DNA of 64,000 bases from Thermoanaerobaculia bacterium (GCA_031403995.1 JANNGS010000069.1:15311-79310); one strand, 5' to 3'; numbered from the stretch's first letter, positions 28,461-38,189 are shown. The notes: generated from the sequence alone by a model not told the origin. Numbers and translations are program-made.

Positions 28461-29666
28461 TCAGTGCCCGTCTTTGCCGCCCGGACCGGCCGGGCCCGCC
28501 TTGATCCTGCCGAGCGCACCCTTCTGCGCGTCGGCGAACTCGTGGTCAACGATAACGTAGTCTCCCGCTTCCGGCACGACGAACTCCATGACGGCTCCGT
28601 TCGAGGCCCCCAGAAGCACCGTCTGCATGCCGTGCCACTCGTTCTTGAGGTTGCCCTCGTACCAGACGCGGTCGAAGATCACCCCGACGATATGGAAGCT
28701 CGAGGTGTCGGTCGGCCCGGCGTTCAGCACGTAGAGCCGCATCCGCTCTCCCGGCAGCGTGGCGAGCGGGGCGTCGATCAACGACCGCTGATGGCCGTTG
28801 AAAACGACCTGCGTCGGCTGCTTGCGCATCGCGGCGTCGAAGTCGAGCTCGTACAGGACCTGGGCCACCTCTTTGAACTGGGTCTGGTCGCCATCGTGGG
28901 CCTGCGCCTCGGACTCCTTGAGGTAGAACTCCGACTGCACGATCACATATTCCCGGTCGACCTCGGCGTCGGTCGGATAGCCCGCCTTCGGCGAGACGAC
29001 GACGACCCCGTACTGGCCCTGGGCCATGTGCTGAAGAATCGGTGGGGTTCCGCAGTGATAGAGGTAGACGCCGGGATAGTTGGCCACCCACTCGAACCGG
29101 ATCGCCTGGCCCGGCTCGATGCCGCGCCACTTGTCCGACGCGGCGACCGTGCCGGCGTGGAAGTCCATCGAGTGCCGCATCGGCTGCGCCAGCGGAACGG
29201 CCTTTTGCGGGTTGAGCGCCGCGAGACGCTCGAGGTAGGGCGAACCGGCGACTTCGGGCGCGGTGATCGCGACGACCTCGGCGGAGCGGTTCTTCATCGT
29301 GAATTCGACCCGATCGCCCTCGCGAACGTGGAGGACCGGCCCCGGAACCGAGCCGCCGAAGGTCCAGGCGCGATAGCGGATGTCGGGGGCCACCTCGATC
29401 TCCCGCGCGATGACGTCGAAGCGCACTTTGTGGGTGCGATTTCCGGGCGGCAGCGGGGCGATGTTGGGCAACAGGGTGACGAACTCCCCGACCACCGGCG
29501 GACCGATGTAGGGATCGTCGAAGATCTGCGCCTCGGGCATGCCGTAGGTCCGGCCGTCCACCTGGAACTGGGGCACGGTGGCGGCGACGGCGAGAGTCGC
29601 CGCAAAGCAAAGCAGGGTGGCGCCTCGGAATGCGATGCGAGCTGCGAAAGTGAGTCGATCGGTCAT
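28461..29666 (-). CDS. nirK: Copper-containing nitrite reductase (NirK/AniA-like) with a Gln axial ligand
   Basis: WTFGGSVPGP, HSMDFH (catalytic Asp), YHCGTPPILQHMAQGQYG, SSFHIVG (catalytic His) and VDH; signal peptide; GGAG SD. Confidence 0.8.
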   Translation of the reverse strand: MTDRLTFAARIAFRGATLLCFAATLAVAATVPQFQVDGRTYGMPEAQIFDDPYIGPPVVGEFVTLLPNIAPLPPGNRTHKVRFDVIAREIEVAPDIRYRAWTFGGSVPGPVLHVREGDRVEFTMKNRSAEVVAITAPEVAGSPYLERLAALNPQKAVPLAQPMRHSMDFHAGTVAASDKWRGIEPGQAIRFEWVANYPGVYLYHCGTPPILQHMAQGQYGVVVVSPKAGYPTDAEVDREYVIVQSEFYLKESEAQAHDGDQTQFKEVAQVLYELDFDAAMRKQPTQVVFNGHQRSLIDAPLATLPGERMRLYVLNAGPTDTSSFHIVGVIFDRVWYEGNLKNEWHGMQTVLLGASNGAVMEFVVPEAGDYVIVDHEFADAQKGALGRIKAGPAGPGGKDGH

Positions 29667-29743
29667 GGTCTCTCCTGGTCGCTTCGGCGCCCCCTGGCGG
29701 AGCACCTTCGGATCCATCAGATCTCATATCTCGCTGAAGCGAT

Positions 29744-29757
29744 ATGACGCGGGTCAG
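29744..29757 (-). promoter_or_regulatory. FNR/CRP-family box upstream of nirK
   Basis: ATGAC-gcgg-GTCAG; weak -10-like TCTGAT 22 nt downstream on the minus strand. Confidence 0.55.
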
Positions 29758-29848
29758 GTCCAGCGCTGGAAGTGGAGGCTTCCCCGGGGCCTGGGAACCG
29801 GCTAGCATGCGCCTTTCCGCCGCAGGCCCGCAGTCGAGGAACGAGCCC

Positions 29849-30715
29849 ATGCCCCGCAAGCTGATCGGCGGTCTGATCCAGTGCAGCAACCCGCTCAACG
29901 ACGAGTCCCAGTCGGTCGAGAAGATCCAGCGGGCGATGTTCGACAAGCACGTGCCGCTCATCGAGGAGGCCGGGCGGAAGGGCGTCCAGGTGCTCTGCCT
30001 GCAGGAGATCTTCAACGGCCCGTACTTCTGCCCCGGGCAGGACAAACGCTGGTACGACGCCGCCGAACCCGTCCCGGGGCCGACCACCGAAGCCGTGGCG
30101 AAGCTCGCCTCGAAGTACCGGATGGCGGTCGTGGTCCCGGTGTACGAGAAGGAGATGGCGGGGGTGCTCTACAACACCGCCGCCGTCTACGACGCCGACG
30201 GCTCGTACCTGGGCAAGTACCGCAAGAACCACATTCCGCATACCAGCGGCTTCTGGGAGAAGTACTTCTTCAAGCCCGGCAACCTCGGCTACCCGGTCTT
30301 CGAAACGCGCTACGCGAAAGTCGGCGTCTACATCTGCTACGACCGCCACTTTCCGGAGGGGGCGCGGGCGCTGGGTTTGAACGGTGCCGAGATCGTCTTC
30401 AACCCGAGCGCCACGGTCGCCGGGCTCTCGCAGTACCTGTGGAAGCTCGAGCAGCCGGCGCACGCGGTCGCCAACGGCTATTTCGTCGGTGCGATCAACC
30501 GTGTCGGTACCGAGACGCCATGGAACATCGGCAAGTTCTACGGCTCGTCCTACTTCGTCGACCCGCGCGGCAGCTTCCTCGCCCAGGCGAGCGAGGAGGA
30601 CGACGCGCTGGTCGTGGCGGAGATGGACCTCGACCTGATCGACGAGGTCCGCAAGACGTGGCAGTTCTTCCGCGACCGCCGGCCCGAAACGTACGGCGAC
30701 CTGACGAAATTGTGA
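29849..30715 (+). CDS. Beta-ureidopropionase (nitrilase family)
   Basis: CLQEIF, YRKNHIP and ICYDRHFPE supply the E-K-C triad; first gene of the pyrimidine catabolism operon. Confidence 0.9.
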   Translation: MPRKLIGGLIQCSNPLNDESQSVEKIQRAMFDKHVPLIEEAGRKGVQVLCLQEIFNGPYFCPGQDKRWYDAAEPVPGPTTEAVAKLASKYRMAVVVPVYEKEMAGVLYNTAAVYDADGSYLGKYRKNHIPHTSGFWEKYFFKPGNLGYPVFETRYAKVGVYICYDRHFPEGARALGLNGAEIVFNPSATVAGLSQYLWKLEQPAHAVANGYFVGAINRVGTETPWNIGKFYGSSYFVDPRGSFLAQASEEDDALVVAEMDLDLIDEVRKTWQFFRDRRPETYGDLTKL

Positions 30716-30805
30716 CGACGCAAGCACCGGAAGCTGGCGCCGGCGAAGCGCAAGGCACGAGACGCGGCCCGTCGCAGCCGCTCAAGGAAGCAGTCCGGAG
30801 GAGTC

Positions 30806-32212
30806 ATGGGCATCGTCCTACGCAACGGCGAGGTCGTCACCGCGTCTGAACGCTTCGTGGCCGACCTGCGCCTCGACGACGGCACGATCACGGCGATGGG
30901 CACGAAGCTCGAGCCAAAAGCCGGCGACGAGACGATCGATGCCGCGGGACAGTTCGTCCTGCCGGGCTTCATCGATCCGCACGTCCATATGGAGCTCGGC
31001 TTCATGGGAACGGTCAGCGCCGACGACTTCCAGGTCGGCACCGCTTCGGGCGCCGCGGGCGGCACGACGTGCATCATCGACTTCTGCATCCCCGCCCCCG
31101 GCGAGTCGATGCTCGCGGCGCTCGACTCGTGGCGCCGGAAGTCGGCGAAGGCGGTCTGCGACTACTCGTTCCACATGGCGATCACGTCCTGGGGCGAGCA
31201 CAGCGCGGACGAGATGCGCGCGGTCGTCCAGGAGCATGGCATCACGAGCTTCAAGGTGTTCATGGCCTACAAGGGCGCCATCATGGTGGACGACGCAGCG
31301 CTCTACTCGGTCATGCGCGAGGCCGCGAAGCTGGGCGCGGTCGTCACCGTGCACGCCGAGAACGGCGACGCAGTCTGGCACCTGCAGCGGGAGCTGATCG
31401 CGAAGGGCTGCGTCGGACCTGAGTTCCACCCCGTCTCGCGCCCCAGCCCGGTCGAGGGCGAAGCGACCGAACGCGCTCTGATGATGGCCGGATTGCACGG
31501 CGCGACCGCCTACATCGTGCACATGACCTGCAAGGAGTCCGTGCACGCGCTCGAGCGCGCCAAGCTCGCTGGACAACGCTGCTACGGCGAGACCTGTCCG
31601 CAGTACCTGCTGCTCGACGACACGGTGTTCGACAAGCCCGATTTCGGCGGGTCGGCGTACGTCATGAGTCCGCCGATCCGGCCCGGAAACGCCGGCCACC
31701 ACGATGCGCTGTGGAACAGCCTCGCGAACCGGATGCTCGACTCCGTCGGGACCGACCACTGTCCCTTCATGCACGAGCAGAAACTGATGGGCAAGGACGA
31801 CTTCACCAGAATCCCGAACGGCGCTGCGGGCATCGAAGACCGCCTCTTGCTCCTCTACACTCACGGCGTGCTCGGCGGCCGTTTCGACCTGTCGCGCATG
31901 GTCGAGCTCGGCAGCACCGCGCCGGCCCGGATCTTCGGGCTCGCGAAGAAGGGCTCGATCGCGGTCGGCATGGACGCCGATCTGGTCCTTCTGGATCCGG
32001 ACGGTGGACGCAAGCTGAGCGCGAAAGCTCACCACTCGAAGGCCGACCGCAGCATCTTCGAGGGCTTCGACGTCCGCGGCCGCATCGCCCGGACGATCGC
32101 CGGCGGCCGCACTCTCTGGGACGGCGAGAAGCTCTCGACGACCCGCGGAGCCGGCCGGTTCGTCGCCCGCCAGCCCGGACACTTTCCGCAGCGCGCCGAC
32201 GTGAAGCCGTGA
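30806..32212 (+). CDS. hydA: Dihydropyrimidinase
   Basis: PGFIDPHVH, GGTT, SFKVFMAYK, VHAENG, YVMSPP, GTDHCPF and IPNG. Confidence 0.95.
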   Translation: MGIVLRNGEVVTASERFVADLRLDDGTITAMGTKLEPKAGDETIDAAGQFVLPGFIDPHVHMELGFMGTVSADDFQVGTASGAAGGTTCIIDFCIPAPGESMLAALDSWRRKSAKAVCDYSFHMAITSWGEHSADEMRAVVQEHGITSFKVFMAYKGAIMVDDAALYSVMREAAKLGAVVTVHAENGDAVWHLQRELIAKGCVGPEFHPVSRPSPVEGEATERALMMAGLHGATAYIVHMTCKESVHALERAKLAGQRCYGETCPQYLLLDDTVFDKPDFGGSAYVMSPPIRPGNAGHHDALWNSLANRMLDSVGTDHCPFMHEQKLMGKDDFTRIPNGAAGIEDRLLLLYTHGVLGGRFDLSRMVELGSTAPARIFGLAKKGSIAVGMDADLVLLDPDGGRKLSAKAHHSKADRSIFEGFDVRGRIARTIAGGRTLWDGEKLSTTRGAGRFVARQPGHFPQRADVKP

Positions 32213-33540
32213 CCCTTCCCGATGATCGCCTCGAGCACAGGCTCCCGGACGCCAAGCCGCTCTACTCGCCGGCCGAGGCGATGGTGGAAGCCAGCCGGTG
32301 CCTGTATTGCGAGGACGCTCCGTGCATCGCGGCGTGCCCCACGGGCATCGACGTGCCTGCGTTCATCCGCAAGATCGGCACGGAGAACATCCGGGGAGCC
32401 GCCCGGACGATCCTCTCCGCGAACGTGCTCGGCTATTCGTGCGCGCGGGTCTGTCCCGTCGAGGTGCTTTGCGCGGGGGCCTGCGTCTACAACGCCTGGC
32501 ACCGCGACCCGCCGATCGCCATCGGCCGCCTGCAGCGCTACGCGACCGAGACACTGTTGCGCGAGGGCCGAGCGGCCTCACTGCTGTCGCGCGCACCGGT
32601 CAACGGCAAGCGCGTAGCCTGCGTGGGCGCCGGACCGGCGTCGCTCTCCTGCGCGTCGTACCTCGCGCTCGAAGGTTTCGCCGTCACGATCTTCGAGAAG
32701 CGCCGGCTCGCGGGCGGGCTCAACACCTCGGGCGTCGCGCCCTACAAGATGCCGGCCGACGACGCCCTCGCCGAGGTGGGGTTCGTCCGCTCGCTCGGCG
32801 TCGAGATCCGCACCGGGGTCGAGATTGCGCCCGGCCCGACCGCCGAGGCGCTCGTGCGCGATTTCGACGCCCTGTTTCTCGGCCCCGGCCTCGGTTCCGA
32901 TGTCACGCTCGGAATTCCCGGCGAGAGCGGCCCCGGCGTCATCGGCGCGGTCGAGTGGATCGAACGGATGAAGCTCGGTGCCGTTGCGATGGGTGCGCTC
33001 GTCGCCGGCCTGCGCCGCGCGGTCGTCATCGGCGGCGGCAACACCGCGATCGACGCGGCCCGCGAGCTGGCCGGTCTCGGCGTGCCGTCGGTGAGCATGC
33101 TCTACCGGAGGACGACGCTGGAGATGAGCGGCTACGCGCACGAGTTGGAGCTCGCCCGGCTCGCCGGCGTCGTGCTGATCGAGCGCGCGGTACCGCTACG
33201 CTTCGTGCGCGACCCGCAAGGGGCGGTGACCGCGGTCGAGTTGGGCTCGGGCGAGTCCCACAACTGCGACCTCGCGGTCGTCGCGATCGGGCAGGCGCGG
33301 CTGCGGGCGCTGGCGGAGTGCTTCCCCGGCCTCGCTCTGGACGATCGCGGCTCGCTGGTGGCGGACCCGCGCACCGGCGCCACGGGCCACCCCAAGGTCT
33401 TCTCCGGCGGCGACGCCATGCACGGCGGCGAACTCGTCGTGACTGCCGTACAGGACGGCAAGCGTGCCGCGCGCGGCATCTGCGCCGCGCTCGGAATCGA
33501 AACCCGCCCCGACTCGCCCATGCGGGCGGGGCACGAGTAG
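32209..33540 (+). CDS. preT: Dihydropyrimidine dehydrogenase subunit PreT (GltD-like)
   Basis: GTG start overlapping the hydA stop; EASRCLYCEDAPC..CP, CARVCP, VGAGPA, IGGGNTAID and GGD. Confidence 0.88.
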   Translation: MTLPDDRLEHRLPDAKPLYSPAEAMVEASRCLYCEDAPCIAACPTGIDVPAFIRKIGTENIRGAARTILSANVLGYSCARVCPVEVLCAGACVYNAWHRDPPIAIGRLQRYATETLLREGRAASLLSRAPVNGKRVACVGAGPASLSCASYLALEGFAVTIFEKRRLAGGLNTSGVAPYKMPADDALAEVGFVRSLGVEIRTGVEIAPGPTAEALVRDFDALFLGPGLGSDVTLGIPGESGPGVIGAVEWIERMKLGAVAMGALVAGLRRAVVIGGGNTAIDAARELAGLGVPSVSMLYRRTTLEMSGYAHELELARLAGVVLIERAVPLRFVRDPQGAVTAVELGSGESHNCDLAVVAIGQARLRALAECFPGLALDDRGSLVADPRTGATGHPKVFSGGDAMHGGELVVTAVQDGKRAARGICAALGIETRPDSPMRAGHE

Positions 33541-33556
33541 GAGCGCGCGAGCGACC

Positions 33557-34891
33557 ATGGCCGACCTCTCCATCGACTTCGCCGGCATCCGTTCACCCAA
33601 CCCGTTCTGGCTCGCGAGCGCGCCGCCCACCAACACCGGCGACCAGGTCATGCGGGCTTTCGACGCCGGCTGGGGCGGCGCGGTGTGGAAGACGCTCGGC
33701 GATCCCATCGTCGACACCTCGAGCCGCTTCGGCGCGATCTCCCTGGGCGGCGAGCGCATGGTCGGATTCAACAACATCGAGCTGATCACCGACCGGCCGC
33801 TGGCGGTGAACCTGCGCGAGATCGCCGAGTGCAAGCGGCGGTACCCGCAGCACGCGCTGATCGTCTCGCTGATGGTCGAGTCGAAGGGCGACTGGCGAGA
33901 GATCATCCGCCGCGTCGAAGACACTGGCGCCGACGGCCTCGAGCTCAACTTCGGCTGCCCGCACGGCATGTGCGAGCGCGGCATGGGGTCGGCGGTCGGG
34001 CAGGAGCCCGACGTGCTCAAGGTCGTCGCCGGCTGGGCGGTCGAGTTCGCGCATCTGCCGGTGCTGATCAAGCTGACACCCAACATCGGCGACATCACCG
34101 TTCCCGGTGTCGCTGCCGTCGAGGCCGGCGCGCACGGCTTAAGCCTCATCAACACCATCAAGAGCATCGTCGGCGTCGACCTCGACCGGATGGTTCCCTA
34201 CCCCGTCGTCGGCGGCCGTTCGACGAACGGCGGCTACTGCGGCCCGGCCGTCAAACCGATCGCGCTGCACATGGTCGCGGCCCTGGCGCGCGACCCGCGT
34301 GTGACGGTGCCCATCTCAGGCATCGGCGGCATCGCCACCTGGCGCGACGCGGCGGAGTTCATCGCCCTTGGCGCCACCAGTGTGCAGGTGTGCACGGCAG
34401 TCATGCACTACGGCTTCCGCATCGTCGAGGACCTCGTCGACGGCCTGTCGAACTTCCTCGACGACAAGGGGATGAAGTCGGTGAACGATCTGCGCGGCCG
34501 CGCCATCGGCGCCTACAGCGAGTGGGGCGACCTCGACCTCAACTACAAGGTCGCAGCGCATATCGACCCGCAGCAATGCATCGGCTGCGACCTGTGCCTG
34601 GTCGCCTGCCGCGACAGCTCGGTCGACTGCATTCACACCGGTGCGCACCCGCTGCCCGCGGGCCACCGCGCCCCGAGCCGCGACGCCGCCATCGCGCGCA
34701 CCGCGGGCTCCGGCGTGAAGGTCACCTGGGCGGACTGGGACGAATGCACGGGTTGCAACCTCTGCTCGCTCGTTTGCCCCGTGCCCGGCTGCATCACCAT
34801 GGTCGACGACACTCGCGGCAAGCCGTTCGAGAGCTGGAACGATCGCATCGCGAAGGGTACCGCCAAGGTGCCAGGTGGGCTGCACGACTGA
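33557..34891 (+). CDS. preA: Dihydropyrimidine dehydrogenase subunit PreA
   Basis: NPFWLASAPPT, NNIELI, ELNFGCPHGMCERGMG, KLTPN and two C-terminal 4Fe-4S motifs. Confidence 0.95.
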   Translation: MADLSIDFAGIRSPNPFWLASAPPTNTGDQVMRAFDAGWGGAVWKTLGDPIVDTSSRFGAISLGGERMVGFNNIELITDRPLAVNLREIAECKRRYPQHALIVSLMVESKGDWREIIRRVEDTGADGLELNFGCPHGMCERGMGSAVGQEPDVLKVVAGWAVEFAHLPVLIKLTPNIGDITVPGVAAVEAGAHGLSLINTIKSIVGVDLDRMVPYPVVGGRSTNGGYCGPAVKPIALHMVAALARDPRVTVPISGIGGIATWRDAAEFIALGATSVQVCTAVMHYGFRIVEDLVDGLSNFLDDKGMKSVNDLRGRAIGAYSEWGDLDLNYKVAAHIDPQQCIGCDLCLVACRDSSVDCIHTGAHPLPAGHRAPSRDAAIARTAGSGVKVTWADWDECTGCNLCSLVCPVPGCITMVDDTRGKPFESWNDRIAKGTAKVPGGLHD

Positions 34892-34926
34892 GCTCGCGTC
34901 CTCAACCGCCTGAGCCGGAGGTCCGA

Positions 34927-36393
34927 ATGGAGCCCAATCAGCGTCAGCTCGCCGATGGCCGCGTCGAACTGATCGACGAAGGGGTCATCGCCGGCAGCCC
35001 CCTGTACAACCACGACCTCGCGCCCGTACCCATCGCCCAGCGCACGTGGAGCACCTACAACTACGCGGCGCTGTGGATTTCGATGGCCCACTGCATCCCC
35101 ACCTACATGCTGGCGTCGGGCCTCATGACGCAGGGCATGAACTGGTGGCAGGCGCTCTTCACCATCCTGCTCGGCAACATCATCGTGCTCGTGCCCATTC
35201 TGCTCAACTCCCACCCGGGCACGAAATACGGCATTCCGTTCCCGGTCTTCGCCCGCGCCGCCTACGGCACGGCCGGCTCGAACCTGCCGGCGCTCATGCG
35301 CGCGCTCGTCGCCTGCGGCTGGTTCGGCATCCAGACGTGGATCGGCGGCGAGGCGCTGCAGACGTTCTTCGTCGTGCTCGTGCCCGGATGGGCGAACCTG
35401 CTGGGCCCGGGCGCCGGCGGGCACACGACCACCGAGTGGCTGTCGTTCCTGCTCTTCTGGGGCATCAACATCGGCATCATCTACCGCGGCATGAACCTGC
35501 TGCGGGTGGTCGAGAACTGGTCCGCGCCGTATGTGCTCATCGTGACCGCGATCCTGCTCGTGTGGGCGGTGAAGGCGGCGAACGGCTTCGGCCCGCTGCT
35601 GTCGCAGCCCGGAAAGTTCGGCACTCTGTCCGAGTTCCTGCCGGTGTTCGTGCCCTCGCTCACCGCCATGATCGGGTTCTGGGCGACGCTGTCGCTCAAC
35701 ATGCCGGACTTCACCCGCTTCGGCCGCAGCCAGCGCGAGCAGGCGATCGGACAGGCGGTGGCGCTGCCCACGACCATGTTCGCCTTCGCCGCCATGGGCG
35801 TGCTCATCACCAGCGCGAGCGCGCTGATCTTCGGCGAGCCCATCTGGGACCCGATCAAGCTGGTCGGACACTTCACGAATGCGTGGATCGTCGGCTTCGC
35901 CATGTTCTCGGTCGTCGTCGCGACCCTAGCGGTCAACATCGCCGCCAACGTGGTCTCGCCCGCCAACGACTTCGCGAACGCCCTGCCGCGCTGGATCTCG
36001 TTCCGGACCGGCGGGCTCATCACCGGCGTCCTCGGCATCGCCATGCAGCCGTGGCGCCTGCTCGCCGATCCCAAGGGCTACATCTTCACCTGGCTCGTCG
36101 GCTACTCGGGCGGTCTGGGCTCCATCGCCGGCGTGCTGATCGCCGACTACTGGATCGTGCGGCGACGGAACCTGAACCTCGCCGACCTCTATCTGCCCAA
36201 GGGCGAGTACGCGGGCTGGAGCCTGCCGGCGGTCGTCGCGACGCTCACGGGCTGCGCGCTCGCCTGGGGCGGGATCGTCTTCGCCCCGATGCGTCCGCTC
36301 TACGACTACGGGTGGTTCGTGGGCTTCTTCGCAGCCGGACTGATCTACCTGGGGCTGAAGGGCGCGGCGTCGAGACCGGCTCAGAGCTTGTAG
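34927..36393 (+). CDS. NCS1 nucleobase:cation symporter
   Basis: LYNHDLAP, KYGIPFPV, WFGIQTW, TLSLNMPDFTRF and NIAAN. Confidence 0.93.
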   Translation: MEPNQRQLADGRVELIDEGVIAGSPLYNHDLAPVPIAQRTWSTYNYAALWISMAHCIPTYMLASGLMTQGMNWWQALFTILLGNIIVLVPILLNSHPGTKYGIPFPVFARAAYGTAGSNLPALMRALVACGWFGIQTWIGGEALQTFFVVLVPGWANLLGPGAGGHTTTEWLSFLLFWGINIGIIYRGMNLLRVVENWSAPYVLIVTAILLVWAVKAANGFGPLLSQPGKFGTLSEFLPVFVPSLTAMIGFWATLSLNMPDFTRFGRSQREQAIGQAVALPTTMFAFAAMGVLITSASALIFGEPIWDPIKLVGHFTNAWIVGFAMFSVVVATLAVNIAANVVSPANDFANALPRWISFRTGGLITGVLGIAMQPWRLLADPKGYIFTWLVGYSGGLGSIAGVLIADYWIVRRRNLNLADLYLPKGEYAGWSLPAVVATLTGCALAWGGIVFAPMRPLYDYGWFVGFFAAGLIYLGLKGAASRPAQSL

Positions 36394-37817
36394 CTGAATT
36401 CGAGACTGGCCCAGGTGCCGTCGGACTCGACCGCCAGAACCTCACCCGCCGCGTCGCCTCCCCAGAACATCCCGCCCTCGAACTTGAGCTGCATCTTCTG
36501 CGGCAGGCTCCAGGTCGCCGTGAAGTCGAGTTCCCTGCCGATCTCGCTCGACCGGAATCGACCGCTCGCCGGACGGCGGAAGGCGTAGCCGAGCTCACGG
36601 TCGCTGAAGGCGCCCGAGCCGCCGACCCAGGGACCGTCGCGATCGACCAGACGGAAGTCGTGCAGCGCCGCCGACAGGGTGAGCGGCTTCACCGGCGACC
36701 AGCGGCCCTCGAGGTAGAGGTCGCTCAAATTGGAGAACGCTGTGTAGTCGAGCGCGCCGTAGAACTTGTGGTTGGTCGGCAGGAGGTTGAAGAAGTTCTC
36801 GTTTTCGCCCGCAGTCCCGCCTCCGGAAGCGCGTTCCCAGACCAGGTGCAGCGACGGCTCACCGCCGGCGCCCAGCCACCGGTAGCCGGCGTCGGCGATC
36901 ACCGCCGAGGCCGATTGTCCGCGGCGCCCGTAGTCGCCGCTCTGCAGGGAGCCCCAGAAGAGGAGGTTCCACGACTTGTCGCCGACGAGAATCGACCCAC
37001 CGTAGGTCTGAAGTTCGATTCTCCCGCCGGCTGCGGTCACAGCGATATCGCGGCTGTCGTCGTAGCTCTGCGCGAAGAAACGGAACGTCGCGCGCGGCAG
37101 CCAGCCGCCGTGCGGGCTCGCCCAGGAGGCGCCGTAGATATCGATGTCGAGCTGCTCGAAGGCCTGCTCGTAGTTGAACGCGCCAGCCAGCGGGCGCAGG
37201 GCGAAGAGCTCGAAGCTGCCGGCGCCGCCGAAGGCCGCGTTGGCGGTGAGACCGTCGAATCGCCGTCCGACGTTGGCGAAGTCCAGGTTGCCCACCAGGC
37301 GCTCTGCGAGGCGGCGAGTGCGCACGAAGTCGAGCTGAGCGACACCGATCGCGGGGCCCGCGCCCTCCACGAAGCCCTGCCGGCCGGCGGTGAGGTTGAG
37401 ACTCTTCGACTTGTAGGCGAACACCAACTCGGAGATGTCGATCTGGTACGGAGTGCGATCGCCGCCGTTGGTATTGAAGTAGGTCTGGCCGCCGCCGAAG
37501 GCCGCGTTGTCCGGAAGAGAGGAGGTCGTCGCACCCTGCAGCAGGCCGTGCAGGGTGAACTTCTCATGCCAGGTGAAATCCCCGCCGGCGCGCACGCGGA
37601 CGAGGCCGAAGCTGTAGCTTGGATCCTTCGTCGCGGCGGCCGAAGGGGCGTCGAAGATCTCGCCACGCAGGCGGACCTCGAAAAGCGGCTTGAACTTGGG
37701 TCCGGCCTCCGGCTTGCCGGCCGACTCGGTTGCGGGGGGAGGCGTGTCCGAGAAGGCGGAGGCAGCCGGGGCAAGGGCCATCAGGCAATAGATCCAGACA
37801 AAAGACCGCGACTTCAT
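36381..37817 (-). CDS. Alginate-export-family outer-membrane beta-barrel
   Basis: Signal peptide, VRLRGE, LTAGRQ, RLVGNLDFANVGRRFDG, F.NLLPTNHKFYG, IGRELDF and a C-terminal aromatic strand. Confidence 0.8.
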   Translation of the reverse strand: MKSRSFVWIYCLMALAPAASAFSDTPPPATESAGKPEAGPKFKPLFEVRLRGEIFDAPSAAATKDPSYSFGLVRVRAGGDFTWHEKFTLHGLLQGATTSSLPDNAAFGGGQTYFNTNGGDRTPYQIDISELVFAYKSKSLNLTAGRQGFVEGAGPAIGVAQLDFVRTRRLAERLVGNLDFANVGRRFDGLTANAAFGGAGSFELFALRPLAGAFNYEQAFEQLDIDIYGASWASPHGGWLPRATFRFFAQSYDDSRDIAVTAAGGRIELQTYGGSILVGDKSWNLLFWGSLQSGDYGRRGQSASAVIADAGYRWLGAGGEPSLHLVWERASGGGTAGENENFFNLLPTNHKFYGALDYTAFSNLSDLYLEGRWSPVKPLTLSAALHDFRLVDRDGPWVGGSGAFSDRELGYAFRRPASGRFRSSEIGRELDFTATWSLPQKMQLKFEGGMFWGGDAAGEVLAVESDGTWASLEFSYKL

Positions 37818-37841
37818 GAAGATCTCCTCTTGATACACGGA

Positions 37842-37884
37842 ATCATGGCAGGCCGGCCGACGCCAAGAGTATGACGGCGGTCAG
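37842..37884 (-). promoter_or_regulatory. FNR/CRP-family box plus -10 element for the porin gene
   Basis: ATGAC-ggcg-GTCAG at 37871-37884; minus-strand CATGAT at 37847-37842 (23-nt gap); GAGGAG SD. Confidence 0.6.
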
Positions 37885-37899
37885 ATGTTTACACCATGG

Positions 37900-37928
37900 T
37901 TGACAAATTCCACCTTTATACCTATCCT
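37900..37928 (+). promoter_or_regulatory. Sigma70 promoter of vapBC
   Basis: TTGACA (37900-37905), 17-nt spacer, TATCCT (37923-37928). Confidence 0.75.
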
Positions 37929-37955
37929 TGCGCCATTCAGCGGAAGGAGAACGGC

Positions 37956-38189
37956 ATGGCGTTGAACATCAAGAACGCATCCGTCGAGAATCTGGCGCTC
38001 GAGCTGTCGCAATTGACCGGCGAATCCAAGACCGAGGCGATCCGCCGGGCGCTCGAGGAGCGCAAGCAGCGCCTGGCCTTTCAGGTCGTGCGGGAGAATC
38101 GCGGCGACGAGCTGCGCTCGTTTCTCGAACGCGAGGTCTGGTCGGTGATCCGGGCGCGCTCGGCCAGCCGCCGCCTCGAGAAGCACTGA
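37956..38189 (+). CDS. vapB: VapB antitoxin (Rv0623-like RHH), C-terminus short
   Basis: MALNIKN..VE.LA.EL..LTGESKTEAIRRALEER; AAGGAG SD. Confidence 0.85.
   Translation: MALNIKNASVENLALELSQLTGESKTEAIRRALEERKQRLAFQVVRENRGDELRSFLEREVWSVIRARSASRRLEKH

Noticed and set aside
33685-34926. Long N-terminal extension on the NCS1 ORF (similarly on the preT and RmlB-like ORFs)
   Set aside because: These are off-frame overlaps with upstream genes. SD or overlap-supported starts lie downstream.
29849-36393. Five-gene cluster as a novel pathway
   Set aside because: It matches the established reductive pyrimidine degradation pathway.
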